DNA of 64,000 nt, taken from the NCBI GenBank assembly GCA_009914755.4, contig CP068257.2, positions 21,952,001-22,016,000 on the forward strand. The letters are read 5' to 3'. The stretch's first letter is position 1. Each line of letters starts with the position of its first letter. This document shows, one piece after another, positions 1-12,725 of the stretch. The stretch comes from the human T2T-CHM13v2.0 reference genome, Homo sapiens. Position numbers and translations under genes: made by a program. The notes under the pieces were generated by a model. The model worked only from the letters and a program-made list of their open reading frames with translations, did no database searches and was not told the DNA's origin.

Positions 1-65
1 ATGTTTTATTTTTCTTATTCTAACTGATCTAACAGATAACCATCGCTCAAATAATAGCAACCATA

Positions 66-176
66 TATTTGATTATGTATGCATATATACAAATATATTT
101 GTGTGTGTATACATATGCTCACATACATAGAGATATATAGAGAGATATATATATATTTGAATGCTTGAGTTTAAGT
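66..176. repeat. TA/TG/GA-rich simple repeat and low-complexity tract
   Basis: Runs of (TA)n, (TG)n and (GAGA/TATA) are visible: 'tatgtatgcatatatacaaatatatttgtgtgtgtatacatatg...agagatatatagagagatatatatatatt'. Confidence 0.8.
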
Positions 177-179
177 AAA

Positions 180-3100
180 ATAAATGACAGTAAGAAAACC
201 AATGACAGGAAGGAGGAATGAGAATTATTTTGTAATTATTAAATACACTATTCAGAAAGCAGTAAGATTTCATTTTAAAAGTGACTTTAGTTATGAATGT
301 ATACTGCAAACTCTAGGACAACCACTAAAACAAATAAAGAAAAGGGGGGTTGTAACTGATATGCTAAGAAAAGAGAGAAAATAGAATCACATTAAATGAT
401 TAATTGAAACTACAAAACGCATAAAAAATGCAACAAAAAATAGGAAGAAAGAAGAAGGGCAAAAAATAGAAAACGGTAACAAATATGGTAGATATTAACC
501 TGACTTTATCAATGATCACTCTAAATATAATTTGTTCAAATATACAATTAGAAGCTAGAAATTGACATAATGGATTAAATAAAACAGAAACTACATATTA
601 TCTACAAGAAACTGTGTTTAAATATAAACATAAAGGTTAAATTAAAGTGATAAAGGTAAACCATTCTGAAACTGATCAAATCAAGCAATTAATTTTAGAC
701 AGAGCAGATTTCAGAGCATGGAAAGTTGTTAGGAATAAAGAGGGACATCATTTCATAATAAAGGATCAATTATACAAAAAGACAAAATATTTCATATAGA
801 TAATGATGCACCTAACCACAGAGCATCAAAATATGAGGTAAAAACTATAAGGAGGAAACGATGAATTCACTATTTTAGTTGTAAACGTCAACACCACTGT
901 ATCAGAAATGGGCAGAATCAGCAGGCAGAAAATCAATAAGAACATAGTTGAACTCAACAGCATCATCAGTCACCTGGATATAATTGACATCTATAGACTA
1001 CTTCATTCAATAACAGCAAAATACACAATCTTTTCAAGCTCACATAGAAATTCACCAAAATAGACCGCAATTCTGTGACAAAAATACACGTTAAGTATTT
1101 TTTTTAAATGGAAATGATGCAATGTTGGCTCTCAAGCAAGAGTGGTATTAAACTAGAAATTAAAAAAAAAAAAAAACAGACAGCTGAGAAATCCCCCAAA
1201 AATTCAGAGACTAAACAATGTATGTCTAAAGAAGAAATCTCTGGGCATATTTAAAATTATTTTGAACTTAAACAAAATACAATTTATTGCAATTTGTGAG
1301 GTGTAGTGAAAGCAGTGCTTAGAGGAAAATGTATAGCACTGAAGGCAAATATTATAAAAGAAGAAAGATTTAAAATAAATAATCAAACTTCCAAGTTAGG
1401 AAAAACAGAGAAAAAGAGCGAATTAAATCCAAAGTGAGATGAAAAAGTAAATAGTAAAAATTAGAGCAGAAATCAATAAAATTGAAAATAGTAAATCAAT
1501 GTAGAAAGTTAATATTTAAAGCTTGTTCTTTGAACAGATCGCTAAAGTTGATAGCCAAGCTAAGGAACAAAAAAAAAGCAAGAGAGAGAGAAACACAAAT
1601 TACTGATAATCAGAAATGAAAGAGGAAGCATCACTACACATTCCATGAACATGAAAAGGATAATAATGGAATACTTTGAACAATTTTATGCCTACAAATG
1701 TGACAACCTAGATGAAATGAACCAACTTCTAGAAAGATACAATCTGCCAAAACTCACACAAGAAGAAATAAGAAATCTAAGTGGCCATGTATCTACTAAA
1801 GAAATTTAATCTACAATTAATAAAATTCAAAAACAGAAAGCAACAGGCCCAAAGGGGTTCACTAGTGAATTTTCCCAATTATTTAAAAATCATGATACCA
1901 TTTATCTACAATCTTCTCCAAGAAGTAGCCTGAAGGAATACTTCCTAGCCTATTTTATGGGCATTATACTAATATCAAAGCTAGACAAAGACATTACAAG
2001 AAAATAAAACTACAGACCTATATCTCCCATGAACTTAGATGAAAACATTCTCAAGAACATATTAACAAATTGAATCCAACAATACATAAAAATATTAATA
2101 TACCACAACGAAGACCCAGTGACATTTATCTCAGTTATGCAGGCCTGGTTCAGCATTTGAACATTAATTAATGTAATTCATCACATCAACATGCTAAAGA
2201 AGAAAAATTACATGATTATATATCTATATACCACTTAATCATGATGAAAAGTCTCAGCAAACAAGAAATGGAGGCTAGCTTCCTCAGTGTAATAAAGAAT
2301 TCTTATAAAAATCCCAAAAGCAAACATCATACTTAGCTTTCCTGTTAAGATCAGAAACAATCCAAGGATGTCTCTTCTCACCACTGTTTTCCAACATTGT
2401 ACTGAGTGTCCTTGCTAATGCAATGAGAGGAGAAAATGAAATAAAAAGCCTACAGATTGGGAAGGAAGAAATAAAGCTGGCTTTGTTCAAAGCTAATATA
2501 TTCCTCTCTGTAGAAACTTATATATTCCTCTCTGTAGAAACTTCTAAAGAATGGAGAAAAACAACTAAAAAACTTCTGGCACTAATAAGTAATTATAGCA
2601 AGGTCAGATAATACAAGGTTAATAGAAGATCAAATGTTTTCATATATAGCAGCAATGAAGAAATGGGATTTGAGATTAAAAACACATTACTATTTACATG
2701 AGCACCATCAAAAATGAAATACTTATGTATAAATCTAACTACCTATGTATATCTATATGAGGAGTACTATGGAACTCTGATGAAATAAATCAAATAAAAA
2801 CTAAAGAGAGTTGTTTTATGTTCATGGGTATGAAGGTTCCATATTATCAGGATGTCAGTTCTTCCTAACTTGAACCATAGAATCAATGTAATCCCAATCA
2901 AAATCCCAGGAGGTTATTTCTATTCTTGGATATCAACAAACTGATTGTAAAGTTTATATTGAGAATCAAATGATCCAGGATAACCCATAGATCATAGACC
3001 TAAATGTAAAACACAAAACGATAAAGCTCCTAGAAGATAACTTAGGAGAAAGCCTGATGACCTTGGGGATGATGATAATTTTTTAGATGAAAAACTAAAG

Positions 3101-4277
3101 GCACAATCCATGAAAGTAAGAATTGATAAGCTGAACTTCATTACAACTAATAACTCCTGCTCTCCAAGAGACATGGTCAAGAAAGTTAGTAAAATACCCA
3201 CAGACTTCAAGAAACTATTTGCAAAAAACACATCTGATAAAGGATTGTTATCCAAAATAATGAAATAACTTTTTAAAATCAACAGTAAGAAAATAAATAA
3301 CATACTTTTAAAATGGTCAAAGAGACCTGAAGAGACACCCGAACAAAGAAGGTAAATAAACCATTAAGGAATTGCAAGTTAAAACAACAAGATACCACTA
3401 TGTAGATACTTATTAGAATGACCAAAATCCAAATAATGATGACACCAAATGCTGACAAGGATGTGGAGCAAAAGGAACTCTCATTCATTGCTGGTAGAAA
3501 TGCTAGATCCTACAGCGACTTTGGAAGACCTTAGTTTGGCAGTTTCTTACAAAATTGATCATACTCTCACCATAAGATTCACCAATTGTGCCTTGATATT
3601 TACCCAGAAGAATTAAAAATTTATGCACACATGAAAACCTGTGCATGGATGTTTATAGAAGCTTTACCTATAATCACCAAATGCAATCAAGATGTCCTTC
3701 AGTAATTAAACAGATAATTATACTCTGACACATCCAGACAATATAATATTATTTAGCACTAAAAATAAATGAGTTATCAGGCCTTGAAAAGACAGGGAAG
3801 AATATTATATGCATATGGTTAAGTTAAAGAAGCCAATCAGAAAAGTCTGCATTTGTTATGATTCCAATTTATAATATTGTGAAAAAAGCAAAACTGTGGA
3901 GACTTAAAAAATCAATGGTTACCTGGGATTGAGAGGAAGAGGAGATGACTTGGTGGAGGACAAAGAATTTTTAGCACATTGAAACTATATTGTATGATAC
4001 TACTATAATGGTGAATACAAGTCATTACACATTTGTCCAAACCCATAGAATATATAACACCAAGAGTGAATCTTAATGCAAACTGTTGGCTTCAGATGGT
4101 AATGTGTCAGCAGGTTCATAGGTTGTAATAAATGTGCCATGGGTGCCAATAGTGGGGTAGGTGTGTGTATGAGGTGGGGGACAGGGGATATTTGGGAATT
4201 CTGCTCTTTTTGCTCAACTTTGCTATAAAGCTAAAACTTTCCCCCAAAATAAAAAAGAAGTATATTTTAAAAAAATT
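180..4277 (+). mobile_element. LINE-1 (old primate L1P/L1M-type), ORF1 3' end through ORF2 and 3' UTR; heavily decayed
   Basis: Reads across frames as L1 ORF2 endonuclease and RT motifs ('...VGDFNTPLS...'-like, '...YHANTNQKKAGVAIL'-like, 'FNIVLEVLA..IRQEKEIKGIQIGKEE'-like). It continues through the ORF2 C-terminal 'gatgtggagcaaaaggaactctcattcattgctggtagaaatg'. It ends in an A-rich 3' end 'cccccaaaataaaaaagaagtatattttaaaaaaa' at about 4277. There are many in-frame stops. Confidence 0.8.
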
Positions 4278-5994
4278 CAGTGCCAATACTGTAAAAATAA
4301 TAAAGTATGAAAGTATATTATTTATGTTTTGCATTGTTAATGCTCTAACTGAAAATGTTCTTAATATTGGTTCTAATTGCTGAAGACTAGGCTATGATTA
4401 CCAAGAAACTTGTCCTGTGACAATCTATGCATATTAGCAGAAGAGGCTTGCCTATGGAAAGAGAGAAATACAGCTAACTACATTACTGCTTCATACATTA
4501 CTGCTTCATTTCATTCGCCACATATCTGATTTGGTTTTTGAAAGATATCCACTCTCTTCTTCATTCTGGATCATTGATTGTCAGTGGAATCTTTACCCAC
4601 CCATTTAGATCCTGTAAGAAGAACCATAAGAGAAGTTTCCTGATATGTAAAGCATACTCTCCTTGTATATTCATAATCAATACATTTAATGTGATTTTTT
4701 TATTCTACGGATGGATAATTTTTGAATAAAATGCGTAGAACATAGTTGTATAAGTGTCACGACACACTTGGAGGTCATTTCCAGAGCTCACTAAATTTAA
4801 GATTTTATTTAGTCTGTGTGACAATACCAAATCAACATTAGAAAAATACCCTTAGGACCACAGTCGTTTTAACCCAATTACCTCTCTGAATCTATTCAAT
4901 TTATTTACAGCCATAGTAGCTGTTCTATTTGGCATTTCTATTTTTCATTGTCACTTCTCATTAATGGACTGGTTCAGTTCATGTCATTTGATGACTTCTG
5001 CATTGTCATTTTACTTCATTAACTGATTATTTTCTAATTGCTATTTTATGCCACTGTTTGATTCATCAGCTTTTAATATTCTGCTTAATTGACTTCTTTG
5101 TCTAAATGATGTGAGGGATAATGTGGCCGAATTTATTATTTAGCTTCCAAATTATGACATAGTGAAAGCTCAGTTTTGTTGTTCCATTTTCTAGATAGTA
5201 AAAATAAGGAAATATATTTGCATTCCAAATAAACACCTTTCATTAAAATATTCTTACTTCCTGCCTTTTTCAATTCCTTGTCAAAGATAAATAGCTTCAG
5301 AGACATCTAAGTATCATTTCTCATTTTTTGTAAGATTACATTTCATGAGATTTTTAAATCACAACTCAGATAACATTTTACATTATTTAGTAAAAAATTT
5401 TAAATCATTAACCTGGGAATAAAAGAAATTGGTGATTACAGCAAGAGTGTGTTTGGACTTTTATCAGCAGAGGTAGCATTATCAAATAGTAATTTTACTA
5501 ACAAAAAAATTATAAAGTGCTGAAGCTCAATTTATTTTTACATGTTTAATATTTTCTTATTGTAACTCTCACTGAGGAGGAATCTAGGCCACAAACAGTT
5601 TAACCTGACCAATTTCATGTAGCAATTAAGTGACAGAGCTGAGATTCAAAGCCAACTTTGCGTAACATAAAAGCCTGAGTTCTAGCTATACTCTTACGTA
5701 ATGGATCATGTGGAGTCCGAAGTCAGGGGATACATATAGTGCTGAGAAACAAAGATAAAAGCTCTTATTCTCAACCCATGACAGTTATCTCCGATATCTT
5801 CATTGACAAAGCTCTTCAAAGTCCTAATCTTTCTGCTTACTTGTTAGCCATGATGCATAAGAATCTCATTCAAAGCTAGAAATTTGGTCCATAGAGCACA
5901 AAATCTTGGGTATAGCATAAATACCTCACCTGGATTGTTACCATTTCCTTAGGATACTCCACTTTCCCCTATTCTCACATGAAATACAAAAACA

Positions 5995-6430
<436 letters not shown>

Positions 6431-7218
6431 TTAGCTTAAGCATCTAAATGTCTGATGCAAAAACATCAGAAAATGCAGACATTGGACAATTTGATTCAGT
6501 GTGCCTAGAAAAGAGGAGAATACTGTGAGCAATTCTAATGATTCAATACATGATTCTCCCACTTAAGAAAACAAATAATGTTCATACAGTGTCATAAATG
6601 CTTTAATGGATAATTACACAACAGGTCCTTGAAACTTGAGACCAAGTTATCTGGGGAGAGGGCATCATGATATTTAAGCTGGATTATAAAGAATGAACAG
6701 GAATATATTGAAGCAATGAAATGAGAAGCTATGTGCTAGGAAGCAGTCTGTGAAAGGCAGGGAAAACAGGACCTGTGACACATTTGCAAAGGCTCAACTT
6801 GCTAATTATGACAAAGTAAGTGATTTGAAAGTCAGCAGTGGGAAGATGTGCTGGGCGGGAGACGGCAACCACAAGGTCATGAATGGTCTTACCAAGCACA
6901 GGTATTTAGGCTTTTCATCTTGGCCTGAGGAGCGCTCCAACTTCTTCAAGCAGAAAATAATTACATGGTTGGAAAATGTGGGACAAAAGAGGTGTGAGTC
7001 ATCAGACAAGGATATACTTCAAGGGGTGCAACAAAGGCTATGATTACTATCTGTCTTACCTCATTCAAGTCTGTTTATCGTAGAGGAATTACAAGGACTC
7101 TGCAAGGGACTGACATGCTAAGTGTTCAATAGCTATTGACTCTATAGTGCCACTTATGAAGCATATTGAACTAGATAACTAGATGTTTCTCTTTTCTCAT
7201 ATGTTGGAGCTTCCCTAA

Positions 7219-7522
<304 letters not shown>

Positions 7523-9515
7523 TGAGCTTGGCTAACTTTTGATGCTCTCTCATCCTGCTTATGACTGAGGAAATGGATGATTTATAACAGGGGAAATGGG
7601 TAATTTTTTTAGAACTTAATTTTCTTAACTATTTTAAGTACGAGGGACTGAACACCTTTATCACTGCAGTGCCAGTGCAGAGGAATCATAGTCAGCTTCT
7701 CTAAATACAGGGTTTTCCTCTGTAAAACTACCTACCAGTTGGCCAGAGTATGATCAGAAATGACACGGTAGTTGGCAAAACAGCCTCTTCACTATCCATA
7801 TGTGTTGCCCGATCTCTTAAGTCATTTTAAGGTTCAGTCAAGAGTCAAGGCAAGAATTTTAAAGAAGTTATGAGACTAAGACCTATTATTAATTTAACAG
7901 GAAATATTTTTAGTAGATTTAGAAAACTGGCCTGGAAAAATGTGACTCAGTTTTAAATGGATTCAAATTGTGATTTCGCTTAGGAAAATTTTGTTTCAAG
8001 AATGGCTCAAATAAAGGTTAAAAAACTACTTTTCACAAGAAGAACATTTTATATAGTTTTGTTGTTGTTGTGCTATAATATATAAAGGCATCATCTTAAT
8101 ATTTTCTTGGTCATTGCAAATCCTAAAGAACATAAAAAATTTCTGGAAGAATGTGGGGAAAATAGCAACACAGATTTCTCAGCAATATTTTTTTAAAATC
8201 TTAATGAGGAATGTAGTTTTCAGTTTTTCACAATATCCAGTTAGCTTATAACTAGCAATAACCGTTGTTCTGATACTCATTTAGTTTAACATTCAGTGTT
8301 ATAGCTTCATTTTATAGTTGAGGTTAAGTGCACACATCTTGAGAAAAAAAATACAGAAAATACAGCTAATACACTGATTTTTTTTTTTGCAAAGCAAATA
8401 TCTTGCCTTGCTTTCTCTCTTAAACACACTGAAGTTCTAGAAGAGATTTGAAAGCATTTTATTCCATTCATAGGAGATCAAAAATAAAAGAGAGTTATAC
8501 CTTTTGGAAATGTAATGAAGCACTACGTTGTTCATTGTTCCAGTATGTTGAAATACTTAAGTAGCTTTTAATAATTATAAACAATTAGACATTTTTTTTT
8601 GTTTTTCATTTAACACTTCTGAGATGGCTGATATTTAGAAAATACATGCTAGGAATGATCCTATGCAATTTCAGGTATTTCTCTGATAGATAACTCAGTC
8701 CATAACCTAGTAACACTCAGTCTAATACATTGAGGTAGAAGAAATAAGAAAACAGCTCAATAGAGCAAGATAATAATAGATTTAGCCTTGGATTTCCAGC
8801 CTAATTTTTGGAAACAGATGCTCTAGCATATTTTTGTGTGTTTTTTCCCATGCCAAGCTGATCATAGCCCCTAATGGTATGACACATAAAGCACTTAAAA
8901 TACAAACACATTGTAACCCTAAATGGAAGAAGGGGATCTGATGAAAACAATCATTGTTTAGATGTTTCTCAGAAAAAGAGCTTAACATTTTTTTCAAAAT
9001 ATATTGCTATTGCTTCACTAGCAAAGAAGGTGCTAAAAATGACAACTGCAAAATTTTCTTGAACATTCTGTATCATAAAACACAATCATTTTTCCACTCT
9101 CAACTTTTTAGGAACTAAAACAAAGATCCTTGCCATCAGTTAGAATAACAGGAAATAGCAGTGCTTACAGACAGATGGCTCAATAACCTTCCTAATGAAG
9201 GTCGTCTTCTCCTTCTGGATCCTTCCCTGGACTGACTCAATAGAAAGCAAAACAATTTTCACAAGATTACAATATCCACACAATAAAATTTCCAACAAAG
9301 AACTCCAAACCTTTGACAGATATTTAATAATATAGTTTAAGTTTAAGTTCTGACTATCATTTCCACTAATACCACACTGATACAGGCAACCATTGCCTCA
9401 CATATTGATCATCATAATAGGCTTCAGGCATTTTCTCACTCCAAAATATTGTTTAAATTATTTTTGACTAATTTTCATTAAATATTGTATTCAATACATA
9501 ATTTCTTTATGTTCT

Positions 9516-10372
9516 TGATATGGTTAAGGTCTGTATCTCCACCCAGTTCTCATCTTGAATTGTACTCCCGTAAATCTCATGTGTTGTTGGAGAGACCCCG
9601 TGGGAGATCATTGAATCATGGGGGCAGTTTTTCCATACTGTTCTCATGATAGTGAATAAGTCTCACGAGATCTGATGGTTTCACCAGGGGTTTCTGCTTT
9701 TGCATCTTCCTCATTCTCTCTTTGCCTGCTGCCATCCATGTAAGACAGAACTCGCTCCCCACAGTAAATTGGTGCCAGAAGTGGGGTGTTGCTTAAAAGA
9801 TAACCAAAAATGTGGAAGCGACTTTGGAACTGAGTAACACGCAGAGGTTGGAACAGTTTGGAGGGCTCAGAAGAAGACAGAAAAATATGGGAAAGTTTGA
9901 AATTTCCTAGAGACTTGTTGAATGGCTTTTCTCAAAATTGCTGATAGCAATGTGGACAATAAGGTTGAGGCTGAGGTGGTCTCAGATGGAGATGAGAAAA
10001 TTGTTGGGAGCTAGAGCAAAGGTGACTCTTGTTTTAGCTAAGAGACTTGTGGCATTTTATTCCTGCCCTAGAGATCTGTGGAACTTTGAACTTGAGAGAG
10101 ACGATTTAGGGTACCTGGCAGAAGAAATTTCTAAGCAGCAAAGCATTCAAGAGGTGACTGGTGTGCTGTTAAAGGCATTCCATTTTATTAGAGAGGAAAC
10201 ATAAAAGTTCAGAAAATTTACAGCCTGATCATGTGATAGAAAAGTAAATCTCTCTTACTGAGGAGAAATTTAAGCCAACTGCAGAAATTTGCACAAGTAA
10301 CGAGGAGCCAAATGTTAATCCCCAAGACAATGAGAAAAATGTCTTTAGGGCATGTCAGAGGTCTTCACACAT
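9516..10372 (+). mobile_element. ERVL-MaLR element (THE1/MST-type): partial 5' LTR plus internal sequence
   Basis: Begins 'tgatatggtt..ccacccagttctcatcttgaattgta...catgtgttgttggagagaccccgtgggagatcattgaatcatgggggcag...tcatgatagtgaataagtctcacgagatctgatggttt...gcctgctgccatccatgtaagac'. This is the THE1-type LTR start TGATATGGTTTGG...CCCACCCAAATCTCATCTTGAATTGTA. It is followed by the MaLR internal leader 'acagtaaattggtgccagaagtggggtg...tgtggaagcgactttggaactgagtaacacgcagaggttggaacagtttggagggctcagaagaagacag'. The 3' third of the LTR appears deleted. Confidence 0.7.
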
Positions 10373-12725
10373 ATCATTATATAATAATAAGGGGATCAAT
10401 TCAGCATGAGAATACAACAATTGTAAATATGTATCCATCCAACACTGGAGTACCCAGATTCATAAAGCAAATATTATTAGATCAAAAAGAGAGATCAAAT
10501 GCAATACAGTAATAGTGGGGAACTTCAACATCCCACTCTCAGCATTAGGCAGATCATTTAGATAGAAAATCAACAAAGAAACACGGGATTTAAATTGGAC
10601 TTCAGACCAAATGGATTTAACAGACAATTACAGAACATTCTATACAAGTACTGAATACACATTCTTCTTGTCAGCACATGGAGCATTATCCAGGATAGGC
10701 CATATATTAAACCACAAAACAAGGCTCAACAAATTTAAAAAAAAAAAGAAATAATATCAAGTACTTCTCAGACCTCAATGAAATAAAAACTAAAAATCCA
10801 TATCAAGAAAAACTTTGGAAATTACACAAATACGAGAACATTAAACAACATGCTCCTGAATAACCACTGGGTCAATTGATAAGACGGAAACCAGAAAAAA
10901 ATTATTTTAACAAATGAAACTGAAAACACAACATACAAAAACCTGCATAATACAGCAAAAGTAGTGGTAAGTGAGACATTTATAACAATAAACACCCATA
11001 TCAGAAAATTTAAAGATTACAAACAAACACTCTAACAGCACACCTTAAGAAAAGTAAGAACAAACCAAATCCCGAATTAGTCAAAGCAAAGGAATAATAA
11101 AGATCAGAGCAGAAATAAATGTAATAAAGACTAATAAACCCCTCCAACGATACAATGAAAAATTGTTTCTTTGAAAAGAAAACAAATCGATAAACCACTA
11201 CTTAGACTAACCAAGAAAAGATGAGAGACGACCCAAATAAACAAAATCAGCAATGCACAAGGAGACAACACAACTGATACCAAAAAAATACAAAAGATTA
11301 TTGAGACCATTATGAAAAACTATATGCTTATAACCTGGAAAACCTAGAAGAAATGGATAAATTCCTGGAAACATACCCCATGACAAGATTGAATCTGGAA
11401 GAAACAGAAAACCTGAACAGACCAATAATGAGTAATGAGATTGAATCAGTAATAAAAAGTCTCCCAACAACAAGAAAAAAGCCCAGGACTGAAGGAATTC
11501 ATAGCTAAATTCTACTGAATGTGCAAAGAAAAATGAATACCAATGCTCCTGAAACTATTCCAAAAAATTGGAGAGGAGGAAATCCTCCCTAAGTCATTCT
11601 ATAATGCCAGAATCACCCTGATGTCAAACCAGACACAGGCACAACATAAAAAGAAACCTACAGCCCAGTATTCCTAAACACAGATGCAAAAGTGCTCAAC
11701 AAAATGCTAGTAAACTGAATCCAATAGCATATCAAAAAGATAATACACCATAACCAAATGGGATTTATACCAGGGCTGCAAGGGTGTTTCAACATATGCA
11801 AAGCAACAAAGGTGATGCATCGCACCAACAGAATGGAAGATAAAAAATATCTAATCATCACAATAGTTGCAGAAGAAAGGTTGTTCTAAAATTGAACATC
11901 TCTTCATGGTGAAAACCTCAATAAACTAGTCATGGAAGGAACACATCTCAAAATAATAAAGGCTGTCTACAACAAACCGGCAGCTAACATCACACTGAAT
12001 AGGGAAAAGTTGAGATCTTTCCTCTAAGAACTGGAACAAGATGAGGATGCTGCTTTCACCACTCCTGTTTGACACAGTACTGGAAGTTCTAGCCAGAGCA
12101 CTCAGGCAAGAGAAGGAGATGAAAACGTGAAAATTGGGAAAAAACAGTCAAATCATGCCTCTTTGGTGATAATATGATCTTATATATAGCACAATCTAAA
12201 GACTCCAAAAAGAAACTCTTAGATTTGATAAATATCAGTAAGTTGTAGAATACAAATTCAATTTACAAGATAGGTAGTATTTTATGCACCAATAATAATC
12301 TATTTGGGAAAGAAAGTAGGAAGGCAATTTCATTTATAGAACTACAAATAAAATACCTATGAATAAATTTAACCAAAGAGATGAAAAATCTTTACAAGAA
12401 CTATAAAACAGGGATCAAATAAATTGAAGATGACAAAAACAAAAGGAAAAGCATGAAATGCTCATGGATCAAAAGAATTAATATAATTAAAATGATTATG
12501 TTGCCCCAAATGATCTACAGATTCAATGCAATCTCTATCAAAATGCCAATGTCATTCTTCACTGAATTAGCAAAAACTATCCTAAACTTCATTTGGTACC
12601 CCAAAACTGCTTGAATAGCCAAAGCAACACCTATCAAAAGAGCAAAACTGGAGGCATCACATTATCTGACTTCAAAATATATTACAAAGCTAAAGTAGCA
12701 AAAACTGCCTGATACAAAACTTATC
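10373..12725 (+). mobile_element. LINE-1 fragment, ORF2 only (truncated at both ends)
   Basis: Starts within the ORF2 endonuclease domain ('IVNMYPSNTGVPRFIKQILLDQKE...VGNFNIPLSALGRS...DLNWTSDQMDLTDNYRTF...SAHGALSRIGHILNHKTRLNKFKKK'). It continues through RT motifs to '...ggaggcatcacattatctgacttcaaaatatattacaaagctaaagtagcaaaaactgcctgatac'. There is no ORF2 C-terminus or 3' UTR. It directly abuts the MaLR internal sequence on the left. Confidence 0.8.

Noticed and set aside
180-4277. L1 ORF2 remnants, here and at 10373-12725, considered as CDS or pseudogene features
   Set aside because: Frames are broken by numerous stops and frameshifts, and the six-frame track shows only fragments under 100 aa. 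They are annotated as decayed mobile elements rather than as genes.
9516-12725. First reading: a single L1 with 5' UTR fused directly to ORF2 (ORF1 deleted)
   Set aside because: The sequence at 9516-9760 begins 'TGATATGGTT...CCCACCCAGTTCTCATCTTGAATTGTA', and the same unit recurs as standalone copies at 48722-49092 and 62394-63114. This matches an ERVL-MaLR THE1/MST LTR followed by its internal leader, not an L1 5' UTR. It was reinterpreted as MaLR plus a 5'-truncated L1.
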